The notes: generated from the letters alone by a model not told the origin. A stretch of DNA of 64,000 nucleotides from Tubulanus polymorphus (GCF_964204645.1 NC_134029.1:62001-126000); one strand, 5' to 3'; counted from the first letter of the stretch, positions 1-12,996 are shown. Translations and numbers: made by a program.

Positions 1-256
1 AACCAGTACCGGGTGAAGCTCCTAAAATGTATGGCAGACATTTTGATAATACGGATATGATAATGAGTATGGTATGTATTGATTAATACGGTGTATTGTG
101 TATGAATACGAGGAATACAGGTTTAATATATCGATATATCATTTTCAGATATCTCGTGAATCGATAGATGCTTTAAAGGATTATTTCCGAGATGAAATGT
201 CTAAAACTGACTGGCAACTGATCATGGAGCTGAAGAAAATATTCCAAATCATGTAG
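1..256 (+). CDS. 3' end of an unidentified protein-coding gene (exons <1-71 and 149-256)
   Basis: Frame from position 3 reads PVPGEAPKMYGRHFDNTDMIMSM to a GTATGT donor at 72. After TTTTCAG, 149-256 continues in phase 0 as ISRESIDALKDYFRDEMSKTDWQLIMELKKIFQIM*. Family not recognised. Confidence 0.7.
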
Positions 257-716
257 CAACTTCTCAGCATCGGCGAACTGTGGTTTATTTACTGAGAAAA
301 TCAGCATGTACACCAACCATATCACTATGGTAACGGTTAATCGGATAGTTAAAGGATGTTGCTACGGTGATGGTAATTAACAACAGATGTTGCTATGGAA
401 ACACGTGTAGTTTGTGCTTGAACTGTGATAAATGATTGAGTTAAACATGATATTCATGTGAAACATTGCGCACTTTAGAATTGAATTAGATACAGTTTGC
501 ATATTCATGTTTAAAGGAAAGTTTTAAATGAGAACGAAATGAAATTGACAGAAATAAATATAAAACGTGCTGAAATTATGAGAAAAACAATATTGATGTT
601 TATTTGTTATCTGTGATATACGATGTCTACTGTTAGTGCTTCTTTTTGTAAAAGATTCGTTATAGGCCAAGCGGTTTTATAGAATCGAATAAAATTAAAT
701 TTGCTTTAAATTCCTC

Positions 717-937
717 CTGTGGCACGTGAGTCTGCTGTTATTACCTCCGGAGCTGGCCGCCCGGAGCTAATAGATTCGCTGAGCAAAGAGTTCTACTAAA
801 AATGGCTTGAAAATCATTTACAAAATCAGATTCCCCTTAAATAAAGGTTTGACGTTGATGAAAATATTTATTCAAAACAAACAGGTTTTAGTTGATGTAT
901 GAAATTTGACTTATTCGTCATTCCTCACATGCCACAG
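717..937. mobile_element. Small MITE-like element with CTGTGGCA(C/T)GTGAG terminal inverted repeats
   Basis: ctgtggcacgtgag (717-730) is the near-perfect reverse complement of ctcacatgccacag (924-937). A similar element lies at 58882-59096. Confidence 0.5.
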
Positions 938-2272
938 TTGAACTGTATAAATAGAATACAAACTCCGTCTTCTCCACAAGTTACATAGAAATAGGTCGAT
1001 AGGCAAATTTACTCTTTTAAATGTGATTCGATTCTAGAAATATTGCCAGTTGAGTAGTTCCGGTGCTGTAATTAAGAGTTTGAGAATTTTCTCGATATCC
1101 GGCTCGCAAATCGGTAAATAGTTCGTCATCTACCCCCAGTCAAAAGTGTCTGGCATGCGAGTAATAAGATAGTTCACGTTTTTCACGCTATCGTTATACA
1201 TAGGGGCAGCACTAGACGGTCGAGACTGAGGCGGGCTAATATAGTTTCAATCGTCATTCAATTCAACGCCAATACTTATAAGTCATTTTCTTATACTTCA
1301 AAGTCACTTTTCAATAGAAATTATTCCAATTCATTTTATCCGATTTTAATTTTTGGTTAGAACGAAGGTACTATCAAAAATCTAACTGAAATTGGTTAAA
1401 TAAAAAGATGAATTAAAAAACTAATTACCGCTATCCATAGCAATAATATAATAAACCTTGCTCGGCCAAATTGATGATTTATATCGAATTGTTCCTTCTC
1501 TGTTTTAAAGAAATGTGTTCCAAAGTCGGATTTTATAAGATTAGTAGAAGTCACTCACCAAAAGTTTATCCGTTCCTGTCTGATTTCTTCCCTATTCCGC
1601 CGATTCCTCTGGCTTGAAATCAACAGTCGTGATTTTATGTGTGGTTAGTGTATCAGAATAGAAAGATAAACCAGAATTATTTCAGCGCTTTTTAATTGTT
1701 TTTTGCAGATGTTGATTTAATTTTTTCGTTTAAAGAAATTCATTCTCAAGTCGTAGTTTTCGGAAAATGGCTGGAAATCCGACTAATTCAAACGAATTTT
1801 TCTTGGTCCCAAAAGATCCGACTTGCGCAAGGTTTACGTGGACTTTCTGTTGCTTCGTGTTACAATAAATTAATATGCGTCCTGATTTAGAACGTGATTA
1901 TTGAATAAATGTTGAATGTGATATCGCTATAACTCCTGTAGAAGTTGAAGATGTTGCTTTATTTGAATGATAATGAATGTTCAGCAGTTTTCGTTTGCAA
2001 ATAACGGTAACGTTGTTCCAAATATGGTATGCGTGCGTCACTTTGACGTCATCGCATCCTCGATGAGTTTATAGAACAGGTGTTGTTCCTGTTTAAGTGC
2101 CATTAGGGTATTCGAATGAACTCAACACGTGTTGCATCCTAAACACACACATCTATAAAACTTGCTCAAATCCATTTATTTTACATAAATATACAATTTC
2201 TTCAACAAACAAAATAAATTTTTAACAACATTTATTTGATACAGTTGTCATTTTATGTAAAGCCAAAAATAT

Positions 2273-4284
2273 TCAAGTTTTAGAAGATTTTGTAGTTTTT
2301 GTGGCACTCGAAGATGGATGGTTAGTAGTTGATTGGTCAGATTTTGAACCAGTCGTCCCTGATTGGTGAGCCTTTGAATCAGGCATCGCTGATTGGTTTA
2401 ACTTCGAACCAGGCGTCGCTGATTGGTGAGCCTTTGAACCAGGCATCGCTGATTGGTGAGCCTTTGAACCAGGCATCGCTGATTGGTTTAACTTCGAACC
2501 AGGTGTCGCTGATTGGTGAGCCTTTGAACCAGGCGTCGCTGATTGGTTTAACTTCGCACCAGGCGTCGCTGATTGGTGAGCCTTTGAACCAGGCGTCGCT
2601 GATTGGTTGGACTTTGAACCAGGTGTCGCTGATTGGTCATCTTTTGAACCAGGCGTCGCTGATTGGTTAGATTTTGAACCCGGCATCGCTGATTGGTTAG
2701 ATTTTGAACCCGGCATCGCTGGTTTGGTGGACTTGTTTTGGTGAGTTGAACCACTCAATGTTGGTTTTTTTGAGTGGTTTTCGCTTCCTGATTTGGTGAG
2801 TGCTTTACCAATGGCAGATACTAAACTAGGTATTGGTTGGTCAGCGGGTTTCTGTGATTGTTTGCCAGATGCTGATGATGCAGGAATGAATGATTTGAGG
2901 AGTGGAGGTAAAGGTGGTGGAGGATGACCGTGTGAGGTCGACCACTGTTCTCTGTATCCTGGTTTAGCTCGATGTTCTCTTTTCCTTTTCTCCATTCGTT
3001 TGTGATGTAACCACCACCAAAAACTATGCTCTGTAAATACATCAAAATGGAACGGGTCACAATATAATGAGTGATCGAGAGATCACGATTAGGACTGGAA
3101 ATTTCTTTGGCAGAACCACCATCTGGGCTTTGCCATGATGGCAATCTTAAAGTTGCCTTTGACATGTTGGCAATCTTGGCATCGTCTTTGTCACGACGGT
3201 TTTCGTGGCACTGCATGAGAAGCACTTCTACCTAGCACTTATTTGACATATGAGATCTACTATTTAATGCACACGGTACTAGTGGTACTATCAGGACCAT
3301 TAATATTTGCATTAACAATCCTCATTCTTAGCCATATCACTGGTTTGACCACAATCTAGGCGGCTATTGCTATTGTCATTACAACTGTCTTGGCATTCCA
3401 ACAAGCTCGGTATCGTCTCACTATTTCCTGGCATCAAGCATTATCTCGCCACTGCTACTGGCACTGGTTTGACATGTACCACAATATACGCATTGTCAGA
3501 AGCAGTATCACTATGTTTTGTCCTGGAATTAGCTTTCCAGTATTACTACTATATCATTGCGTTACGCGTACTCACTATTCTTGGCATCTCGGTATTAAGG
3601 ACGGTTGTCGTAACGACCATTCCATTGAGCCATCATCATTATTATTATCATTATTATAAGCATTATGAAATAGAATGAAAATAACACTTACTAAAATCTT
3701 GATGATCGTGATGCTTAAGCCATGTTTCATATCGTTTATCAATTTGTTTCCCGTTAGGATAAACGATTCTTTTATCGGTATCCAATTTTATAGAAATGTC
3801 CACATCCGCGGAGTACTCGTACAGTGCCCCACCTTTACCCCTGGTTTCCCAGGTAATAGTCGTCTCATAGTTGAAAGGGTCGTCCTTCTGTTTCTGCACA
3901 GTTTTAATGTCATACGTGATCACAGGAAGGAGAACTATTAATTAGAAATACACAAAACTTCAGGAGAATCAGTCACAGACACAGTGTGTCGGGTTCGTGT
4001 ACATCGACGACATTTCCATTAGTTCTAAAATTAACCAGTTCAAATTCCTGATATTTATGAGAATCTAAGAACAACAGCTGATGAGGTGATAAAAACTAAG
4101 CATGGCTTATTTTTTAATTACGGCATACATTTTTAAATGATTTTAAAATTGATAGGAATTTATAACGGGTCGCTAGCATCTACAGATGCTACCCGTTCAC
4201 TTCTATAGCGGTATAGTATGGACGACACTTACCTGCGGTTAAAACATAAGCGTAAATCAATAAATTCCAATTCTGTTTTTGCAT
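2273..4284 (-). CDS. Secreted ~350-aa protein with C-terminal 10-aa tandem repeats (exons 4284-4233, 3934-3692, 3030-2273)
   Basis: MQKQNWNLLIYAYVLTA|VLLPVIT signal-like N-terminus. Both introns are GT-AG and phase 1. The frame stays open through KHSFWWWLHHKR and ~13 x SKxxQSA(T/M)PG to a stop at 2273. Confidence 0.75.
2330..2725. repeat. 30-bp coding minisatellite (~13 copies)
   Basis: Unit tttgaaccaggcgtcgctgattggtgagcc and variants; in frame within the secreted protein. Confidence 0.95.
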
Positions 4285-4909
4285 CTGATAAAATGTACAC
4301 AGATAATCATAAAACTGTAAAACGTCCCGTGAAGTTTTGTACAAACCATAGTATTCCAACTATAGCTGACTTTGTTGAACTACTAATGAAAGCAGTTCTT
4401 CCTTCCACCAGTGTACGTTATAAAGTACAAGTTTGTATATATATAGGATTGTCAGGGAAGAAAGAATGATCCATCATTTATATCAGTTCATTTATGCCGA
4501 AGCCGGTTATAGACATTACTGCCACTTGTGGTTGTATAGGAATACATTACCAATACTTCCAGCTGGCGCAATGTTTAGAAATATGATAAACCCACACAAT
4601 TTTAAACTGATAATCATATCGCGAATGATCGGCAATAATCATTTGTGCTATTGAAATGCGAATCATTAAAATCGATCTGTGTCATATCTTGAATTTCTAA
4701 AACTGATATCTAAATTACAAAGGAGGAGGGAGCTTTGAGTATGAGTTATATTTGTACTGACGTCAAGGTGTTATACAATATAAGTGTAAATGAGTTGTGC
4801 AAAAATGGTCCTTCAAGTTACTGTAAAAAAAGCTTTTGACTTTTTTCTTCAGTTCGTAAGGATAAGGGTTCGAACCAAGTCGTGAAGACGCCTTTTCACC
4901 CAGCCATCG

Positions 4910-4997
4910 AGCTCATCGATTTAAGACATTGGACGAGCTCATCGACTTAAGACATTGGACAAGGTCATCGACTTAAGTCATTGGACAAGGTCATCGA
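4910..4997. repeat. 26-bp tandem repeat (~3.4 copies)
   Basis: g(c/g)tcatcgacttaagacattggac(g/a)a repeated. Confidence 0.85.
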
Positions 4998-5199
4998 AGG
5001 TGAACAGCATGACGTGTATGGTGCTATCTGACTTGAGCGTTTGTTTAAAACCTCCCCACGAGTTGAAAAATTAGAAACAAAGATCGTTGTATTTGCAAGA
5101 TTGAAATAATTTTTCTTATAAACAGTAAAATAGAATAAGAATGCAAATAAAACTAAACTTCATGCAATGATTTCGAAGTTGACTTTGACAACGAGTTAG

Positions 5200-8100
5200 T
5201 TATGTAATGGTCGGTGATGTAGTTGATCTTTGGTTGATTTTAGAAGTGAAAAGAACGACTATGACATCATAGATGAGTTCCAGAAACTCAAATATAGCGA
5301 TAAGTGACATTCCTAACCACAATCCTAGAGCACCACCAACATCAGACATCATTGCATCAAACTGGAAATATATCATAACATACACAATTAGAATCGCCGC
5401 CTTTTCTACGTGGAAAATGGATGGAAGATATCAATATGAAGCTGCAGGTCCCGCATCCCTTCATCGTGTCCCAAACATCTTATCAGCAAGCTTTCAAAAA
5501 CTGATCTTCCAATCCGGAACGCTTGAAGTGGTGCAGTTTTCAGACCTGGGTGGATAGAATACTTACTGTATATTGATAATACTCTTCAATTAACTGGTAA
5601 TTGATATCCTCAAAATAGAAATCCACCTTGACGTAATTCCTGCGACTGTCTTCCAGATCTGTGGCATTGCTGAAAATATTGAGTACGCAACGTGTATTCA
5701 GTAGTCATACAGTTATAAACAGTTAACAAATACTACTTACTAATCGTCTAATTCCATCATCTCCTAAAAATAAAACACATTTGACATTCATTTAGAAACA
5801 TCAGGAATATGAATTAATTCTTGCTGTTATTGGAGTTGATCAAGTAAGTACCTGTTCAGTAACTGTGTTTGGCCACTCCGCTGATGTCACTGTTAAACCA
5901 TATGATGTTTGCCTGGAAAGAAAGGGGAAACCTTGCTATACATATCTAGTTATTTGAGTTGAGGAAGTGATTGAAGAATGAGTCCAGATTAAATGTAGAA
6001 GTGGACTTATATCTATTTGTAAATCGTAAGATTGGCAATAGAGATAGAAAACCGAGTCACTGAACAAGGTGCTGTTGAATGTGAGGTTTCGACACTCACA
6101 CGCATTCTAACTTGCAATAGTTGCATGGTTTATCTGTTCCGCTGTTCACTGCATTCACCACGTCCTCCCTGCATTGATCTGCAAAATTAAGTGTACCTTG
6201 AATTTACTTTGTTTTTTTTCATTGTAGGCCTATCCGATTCTTTTCGGGTCGCAGTATTTAGACCCCCAACGAATAAATGAGACCCCCAACCAGTATGGGA
6301 GCATGGGAATCCCAACTTACCCGTAGAATCTGTCATCAGACATCCGGGAATTTCCTGTTTATTGATGACGTCAGCAAAGATGCCCAATGAACTATTGAAC
6401 ACATAATACACATAGAAACAGCGGCAAGTTTTAACGATCTGTATTTGTACACACGTCTCCATGCAACCCTGTAACAACAATCAAAACGGTTTATGGGAAG
6501 GGGGGCTCACGTGACCCTGTAACAATCGACACGGTTTATGGTAACTATTTGGTAACAAGGATTAAATACCTTGTACGAATAACTGGCTCCGTACAGTTCA
6601 CTATATGCTGAATACAGTCGAGCATTTTGTTCCATATCTAGGTCACAATTCTCTGTTGATTTTCCGTCTATTCTTTTAATCACCTCCTGCGCATTAATCA
6701 TGTATTTTAATGAAATCATTGATTGTTAAATGGACGACGTAATGTGTATTCTAAGACGACTTATAGAAGTTACCTTTCTCATAGATATTTGTGTATGGTA
6801 TCCGGGTGACAGGTAAAGTCCATTCCACTGCGGAGTGGGCATCTCTCCTCGTTTACTGATATGAGCTCTTATTCCTGCACTTGATGATAATCCTGAATAA
6901 TATTCATTTTGTTCTATGTTTAGCGTTAACGTCAGACCTATAAATAGAAACTATACGTCATAACTAATCGATATTCAAATTAATCTGAATAAATTTGCAT
7001 ACGTTCCATCGTTCGTAGGTTAATTAGATCTGTGATTGGTCCATCCTTGCGGAATGTATACTATGGACCAATAGAAACCGAGATGACACGAAATGTGACA
7101 AACTGACAGGTGTTTTTGAGACTTACCCTGGATTGGTCTCCACACTTTCATCGCTTTATGTTCGGAGCCAATTAAACCAGAATTAAACGTGAAACAATTC
7201 CCAAATTCAGAGCTCAAAATATGACTGAAATAACTGGAAAAAATACGTAGCATACATTTATTTATAGGCACAGTGATGAGAGCCCTTAACCACGCAGGAA
7301 ACAATATTGCGCTGTTTAAGTACCGTGAAATATAGAAAATCGAAGCTAATTACGAGAGGACCTCTCTTACATTTAGCAGGTAGAGGGAGTGGGGAGAAGG
7401 GAGTGAAGAGGAGTGGGTATTAAAGAGTGGTAAATGGGTGGAACAATTTTTCATGTAATATCAATAACTCGGTACTTCATAAAAAATGGCGTCTTATGAA
7501 AATTGAAACCAATTGATTCTAAACAGGAATAAATTCTACCTTTTATTCAAACAATCAATTCTATAAGCAAATATACAATCGCTAATCATATCCTCGAACG
7601 TGTGACCGGCTTGAGCTTTTTCATCGGCTGCAATAGTCGACCAAACTCGTCTCAATTTGTCCGCATTTACAAGTTCAATTTGTTGCCGATTTTGCTACAA
7701 AAACGAATAAGAGTGTTTACAATATCTATGTAAATCACGAGGATGATCTGAAATTCATTCTAAAATGTTTTCTGACCATATCATTTTTCCATTCTCGTTG
7801 CTCATCCGATTTCCCATTCCCATTGTTCTTCTTATTAGGAGTTGATCCGAATTTATTTTTAAATTCAGTAAAATTTCCATTCAGATTTTTCAACTGAGAA
7901 ATTCTATTAGAAAATGAAAGAAAAAACAATAAATCAGATGGAAAGATGATATAGATGATACATGAGACAATTCTTTACCAAAAATCGGTAATTATGGGGC
8001 AAAAAACTTAATGCTCACGACCCTAATCCTGATCCTAAATGACCTGTGCGCCTAACCCTAACCCTAGCAGGACTCGAACCTGCAATCCCCAGAATGCCAG

Positions 8101-8753
8101 CCGACGACGCTAACCACTAGACCATTGACCAGTAGTGCTTGGTTGGTATGTGTGTCTGGTCAGTCTGGTGACCAGTCAGGTGTGGCGACCAGTCAGGTGC
8201 GGTGACCAGTCAGGTGCGATGACCAGTCAGTTGCGGTGACGAGTCACGTGTGGTGGTCCATCATGCTGCAGTGGCCAGCCAGGTGTGGAGACTGGTGACG
8301 AGTCAGATGTGGCGACTGCTGGTCGTTGGCTGATGAAAATAAGACTGATTTTCTGATTTTTACTCACCGAATTCGATTGACGTTACAAACAGTTATTGCT
8401 GGGAAATCCATCACCATTTCATCAACAATTTCTAATTTAGTTAGAACTGGATTATTATTGTACGTTTTAATAACTTTATAGCACTGTCGAAAACACGCAC
8501 CTGCAAACATGAATATTCATTGATATCTCTCTCAAGCATCCAGCCAATCAGGGACATCCTGTTTTTACTTACCAGCAGATGCAATAGTTAGCAATGTCCA
8601 TAAAATCGTCCTTACTGGAGATATCGATTTTTCCGCTTTCCCGATACCATGACAATTCGTACATTGCGCCCAATTTCGGGCAACTGATTTTACAGTTGCC
8701 CTTTCTATATTCTGAGATTGTTTGTCCTGTTCTGCAGTATTATTATCTTTCAT
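5200..8753 (-). CDS. DEG/ENaC (amiloride-sensitive sodium channel / ASIC-like) subunit, 13 coding exons
   Basis: Family motifs in order across phase-compatible exons: TNCHG before TM1 (8753-8573), FPAITVCNVN (8500-8368), GHTFEDMISDCIF, FGNCFTFN, GLTLTLNIEQNEY, the Cys-rich thumb (CMETC..CRC, CNYCKLEC), SAEWP, VDFYFEDINY, and TM2 SDVGGALGLWLGMS (5361-5200). Includes a 23-nt micro-exon at 5763-5741. Confidence 0.93.
8005..8330 (-). mobile_element. Composite interspersed repeat: 17-bp minisatellite + tRNA-like core + (TTAGGG)n
   Basis: Minus strand reads TGGTCTAGTGG (A box) ... GCAGGTTCGAGTCCTGC (T-arm/B box), then TAGGGTTAGGGTTA. The core is identical to 35488-35560. Adjacent gtgaccagtcaggtg(c/t)g array. 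Confidence 0.8.
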
Positions 8754-9411
8754 AGTTTTATTATTTCTCTAAAAAGACACAAACGCAATTAAATCCGTTC
8801 CCGTAGCACGAAACCTGTGAAATGAATCATAGAAATGAATTTGATATTTAAAACACATTAGTCGCGACCTGTGCTTCATTAAGTGTTAAGTGCTTGTTCA
8901 ATATAATTCCATTTCTAAAATCAACTCAGATTTTAACACGTATCGGTTTTTAGATACAGGTTTTCTCATTGTCTGGTGTCAAATTTCCAACTTAGATATT
9001 TTTAATTCAAACATTTCCAGTTATTGTATGATGAATTAAGTGTTTAATGGAACGGGAAATGTCGGCAGTTATAGAAGAGTGCTCAGTTCCCGGGGGTGTG
9101 CACACAGTAACGGGGCGCACACCGGGGGCGCACACCGGGGCACACACCGGGGGCACTCCGTATACTAACAATACAATAACCAGAAATCAAACAACACAAA
9201 TTGATGGCGAACTTATTAAAATCTCTCTCGATGCTGGTCGGTGATCGAGCTGTGTTTGATTGTATTTACTTTACTCTTGACTCTGTTGGATGAAACATTA
9301 ATAGAATTCTATTATTTACTGGCGATCTGAGACACACACACAGAACAGAGACAAACGGCGCGGTCGCTGCAGGTCACTTCACTTCACTCTTAATTAGAAT
9401 TCAAAAACAAA

Positions 9412-10085
9412 ATGTCAAATCCCATCTGCACAGAAGAGGATACTGTAAGTACTGGCTAGTGGTTCAACTTTCACCTTCAAAGCGTCATTCGTCACCCGTG
9501 ACGTCATCAGTTAGGGTAAAAAATCAATCGATTAAAAGAAGCTCTTTATTTCAGAACTTCCGGTCAACCGATCGTATTCTACGCCCGGAAACACGTGACT
9601 CCGGCGAGCGACACTTACAGATATGCGGATTGATACAATTAATCTTGGGAACTATTTTATTCGCGTGTGGTTGTGTTATTTTCGCTATTAATTCAGATGG
9701 AGATGTTATTTTCGAGGAATATAATTTTCACGAATTTTGGGGCGCACCATTATTCATCATGGGTGGCGTCGCTTGCGTCAGCGCCAAATCGGGTACGGCC
9801 GGGGTTCGAATCCGAGTTTGTATATCGATGGTATTATCGATACTGGCGTCCTCTACCGGTGTAGCGTCGTTTATTTATGGAGTAGTAGCTGTGACGGTAT
9901 CGGACGGGAAACTAATCCACCAGTCTAATCCTGGTAATCTGCTATTGTGGAAGATTATCTACAGTTGTTTAATCTTGAGCTGTTGTTTATTGCTGATATC
10001 GGTTGTGACTGGTATTGTAGCTTTTATAACCGGTTTCATCTGGATGTCAACTGACCATCCGGTTAAACGTAAAAACCGTATCTAA
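9412..10085 (+). CDS. MS4A/CD20-like four-transmembrane protein (exons 9412-9444, 9555-10085; ~187 aa)
   Basis: MSNPICTEEDT|gtaagt ... tttcag|NFRS..., phase 0. Four hydrophobic helices. GLIQLILG and FWGAPLFIMGG match the CD20-family G.iQi..G and WGg..fi..G patterns. Confidence 0.75.
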
Positions 10086-10216
10086 AACTGGTCAACCTGA
10101 TCAATGTATCCAAACAAACTGGTCAACCTGGTTTAACCTGTTAAACTGGTCTAACCAATCTGCTTTAAGTCTTCAATCTAGTGAAACTGGTGAAATTGAG
10201 ACGTGTAAACCCAATT

Positions 10217-10653
10217 TGAAGTGGAATCATACTGAAGTGGAATCATACTGAAGTGGAATCCTCCTGAAGTGGAATCCTCCTGAAGTGGAATCATACTGAA
10301 GTGGAATCTTCCTGAAGTGGAATCATACTGAAGTGGAATCCTCCTGAAGTGGAATCATACTGAAGTGGAATCCTCCTGAAGTGGAATCTTCCTGAAGTGG
10401 AATCATACTGAAGTGGAATCATACTGAAGTGGAATCATACTGAAGTGGAATCATACTGAAGTGGAATCCTCCTGAAGTGGAATCATACTGAAGTCGAATC
10501 CTACTGAAGTGGAATCATACTGAAGTGGAATCTTCCTGAAGTGGAATCATACTGAAGTGGAATCCCCCTGAAGCGGAATCCTACAGGAAGTGGAATCCTC
10601 CTGAAGTGGAATCCTACAGGAAGTGGAATCCTACAGGAAGTGGAATCCTACTG
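10217..10653. repeat. 16-bp minisatellite (~27 copies)
   Basis: tgaagtggaatc(a/c)t(a/c)c repeated. Confidence 0.95.
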
Positions 10654-10933
10654 CGGCAATTTACAATGAAATACGAATGATTTTGCGAGGAGAAAAACTC
10701 GGTTTTTATTTCAAATCGAAACGAAAAAAAAACAAAACGAACTATAACACTTTTAAATCATCGTGTTAATTTAGTACTGCAGAACAGAGTATGATTTATT
10801 TCAATTTATGAATTTAATTGTAGCGATAAAAATAGTGAGATAAAACATTACATTTGACACCTACAAGTTTTAAGAAGATTTGTGTCATTTTACTCATTAT
10901 ACTTTTAAGACTCAGATTTAAGTCCTGACGAAT

Positions 10934-12058
10934 TTAATTGTACTGATACAAATAGTTAGATATGACATTAGACTCGACGCGTTTGAATTTCCAATACGTG
11001 TTATTAGTTACACTGTTTGTATTATGAGACAATTTATACATTTTACACAAACAATTCAATTTATCTACAATGTACGCCTCACATTGTATTTCGTCTTCAC
11101 AGTAATTCGCACAATGTATAATAGTTTTACAATGTGTCAGCTGTACAGAGTTGACAATTGCTCCAAGTGCAGCATCGGTGACCTTCAAGAACTTCATATC
11201 AACATCTCGATAATCTGTAATCAATAAATGCATTCAAAAATCACTGTTTTCATATGATTTGCATAAATTTGCATAAAATAATCAATTATACACGCACATG
11301 AAGGAGTGAAGTCTGATCCTAATCTCAGTTTACGAGTCAAACTGACAGCGAACTTTCTTGAAAGGCTTTTGAAAACATATCTGGTATAACCATCCACAAG
11401 TACAACTACCTTTTATGTAATTGATTAAAATATATCATTTATGTGGTCATATAAGTGTAATTTCACAATCATTGTAGTGATTTCGATCTTTAAAAGATTA
11501 AAACATTGAATACTTCAGATGATACAGAATTTATAAAGGAGAATCATGTATTAAACAGATAACTGCTGTATTTGGATTTTGTTACTGTATTTTAGCTATA
11601 TGTGTATACCTTTGTAAAGACGGAACCGTCATTTACTTTAGTGCTGAATTCAATATTACGCAGACGTCCTGGGCTACAGTTTGGTATCGTACCCGTACTA
11701 GCCCTGAAAATATAATCAAAACACCAATTAGTTTAGAATAAATACAAATATGTCTATTTAATGGCCAGTATTCATACTTGTTGATTGGTACTGATGAAAA
11801 CAGTTCGAATTCCGGACAATCCTGAGTCGATCCATTCACTACTGAGTATATAGCGCTGGATGTACCGTCATATGAACCAGAACCACAATACATCCTCACC
11901 AGAACTTCATCTAAATTATTATAGTCTATCACTCATAAAAACAAATATTACATATAAAAACTATGAAATTAAATTGTATGAGAAATTAACTTACTTGATC
12001 CGAAATGAAGCAAGAAAGAGAAAATTAAACAAAATATCCTGAATAATGTTCTGTTCAT
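10934..12058 (-). CDS. Secreted PAN/apple-domain protein, copy A (exons 12058-11995, 11910-11778, 11703-11610, 11409-11298, 11214-10934; 227 aa)
   Basis: Signal peptide MNRTLFRIFCLIFSFLLHFGS. All GT-AG introns are phase-compatible. The C-terminal HCANYCEDEIQCEAYIVDKLNCLCKMY has PAN/apple cysteine spacing. Confidence 0.8.
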
Positions 12059-12552
12059 TGTGAAAAAGTGCGAATATAGAGACTGGTTCTGCATTATTTC
12101 CCTTCTCTAGCTCAGTACCAGCTCGCTCTATAGGTTTATCGGGAACTGATAACAGCAGCCTTAAATTAATAATAAATGATCAAATACGATAACGGAAAAA
12201 TTGGACGTTTTGTTTCTAGTATAATTTGTTACAGTTATAAACCAGTATTCAGTGTCCATTGATCCTCATCCACAGTTTCATTTTTCTGGAGTAGATTGGT
12301 GACGTCACGTTGTACGCACTTCTTTGTAGACTCAAATTAAAGACTTGATGTAAGGTTCACACACACATTCATCGTCGTATTTTCTGCAAAAAGCTGAGGA
12401 AGCCAAAAAGAAGATTTGAAATCTTCGAACGTACTTCAACAAAAAATAAATGTTAAGAAGTCGGGGGCTGGTGCAAATGACAGTTATAAGTCCAAGTGGG
12501 CCTACTTTGAAATGTTATTCTTCTTGGAGCCGTATGCCCAGAACTTACTTAC

Positions 12553-12613
12553 TTGATCCAAATGGAAGCATTGAGAAAAATGCACAGAAATTCCACCACA
12601 GTTTTCTGTCAAT
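12553..12613 (-). pseudogene. Orphan duplicate of the signal-peptide exon of the PAN genes, start codon lost
   Basis: Reads (ATT)DRKLWWNFCAFFSMLPFGS|gtaagt, with the same length and donor as copy B exon 1 (MYRKLSWKFSLFFTLLQFGS). ATT replaces ATG and an in-frame TAA lies upstream. Confidence 0.7.
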
Positions 12614-12996
12614 CGTGTTTCTATTACAGACTGATTAGAGATTGATCACCCCAACACTCCCTTTCAATCTTACACACTGCCTGCCCAATGTTATAGTTTT
12701 TGTTGGTAATTCAGTTGACGCGAGAGAGTTGAATTTGTAAATAGTAAATAGAAATAAGGTTGTATAGATTTGAAATGGAAACGGATAACCACCTTTTTTA
12801 TTCTTCATGTATTCTTTGTCACAGTTACAGATCATAGCGAATCATTGACATCATATTTACATAATCTTTGAAAACATCATATTCACAACTCTACTCCTTA
12901 AAACCTAGAATTCCCGATCCACGGTTTTATTTTTCTACAGAAGATTTCTGAAATCGCGTCGTAAATCTATTCTAGAAATTACTTTTTAGATTCAAA

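Noticed and set aside
2821-3225. 134-aa minus-strand ORF overlapping the secreted repeat protein
   Set aside because: Spans intron 2 and an alternative frame of exon 3; the acceptor at 3031 gives a cleaner model.
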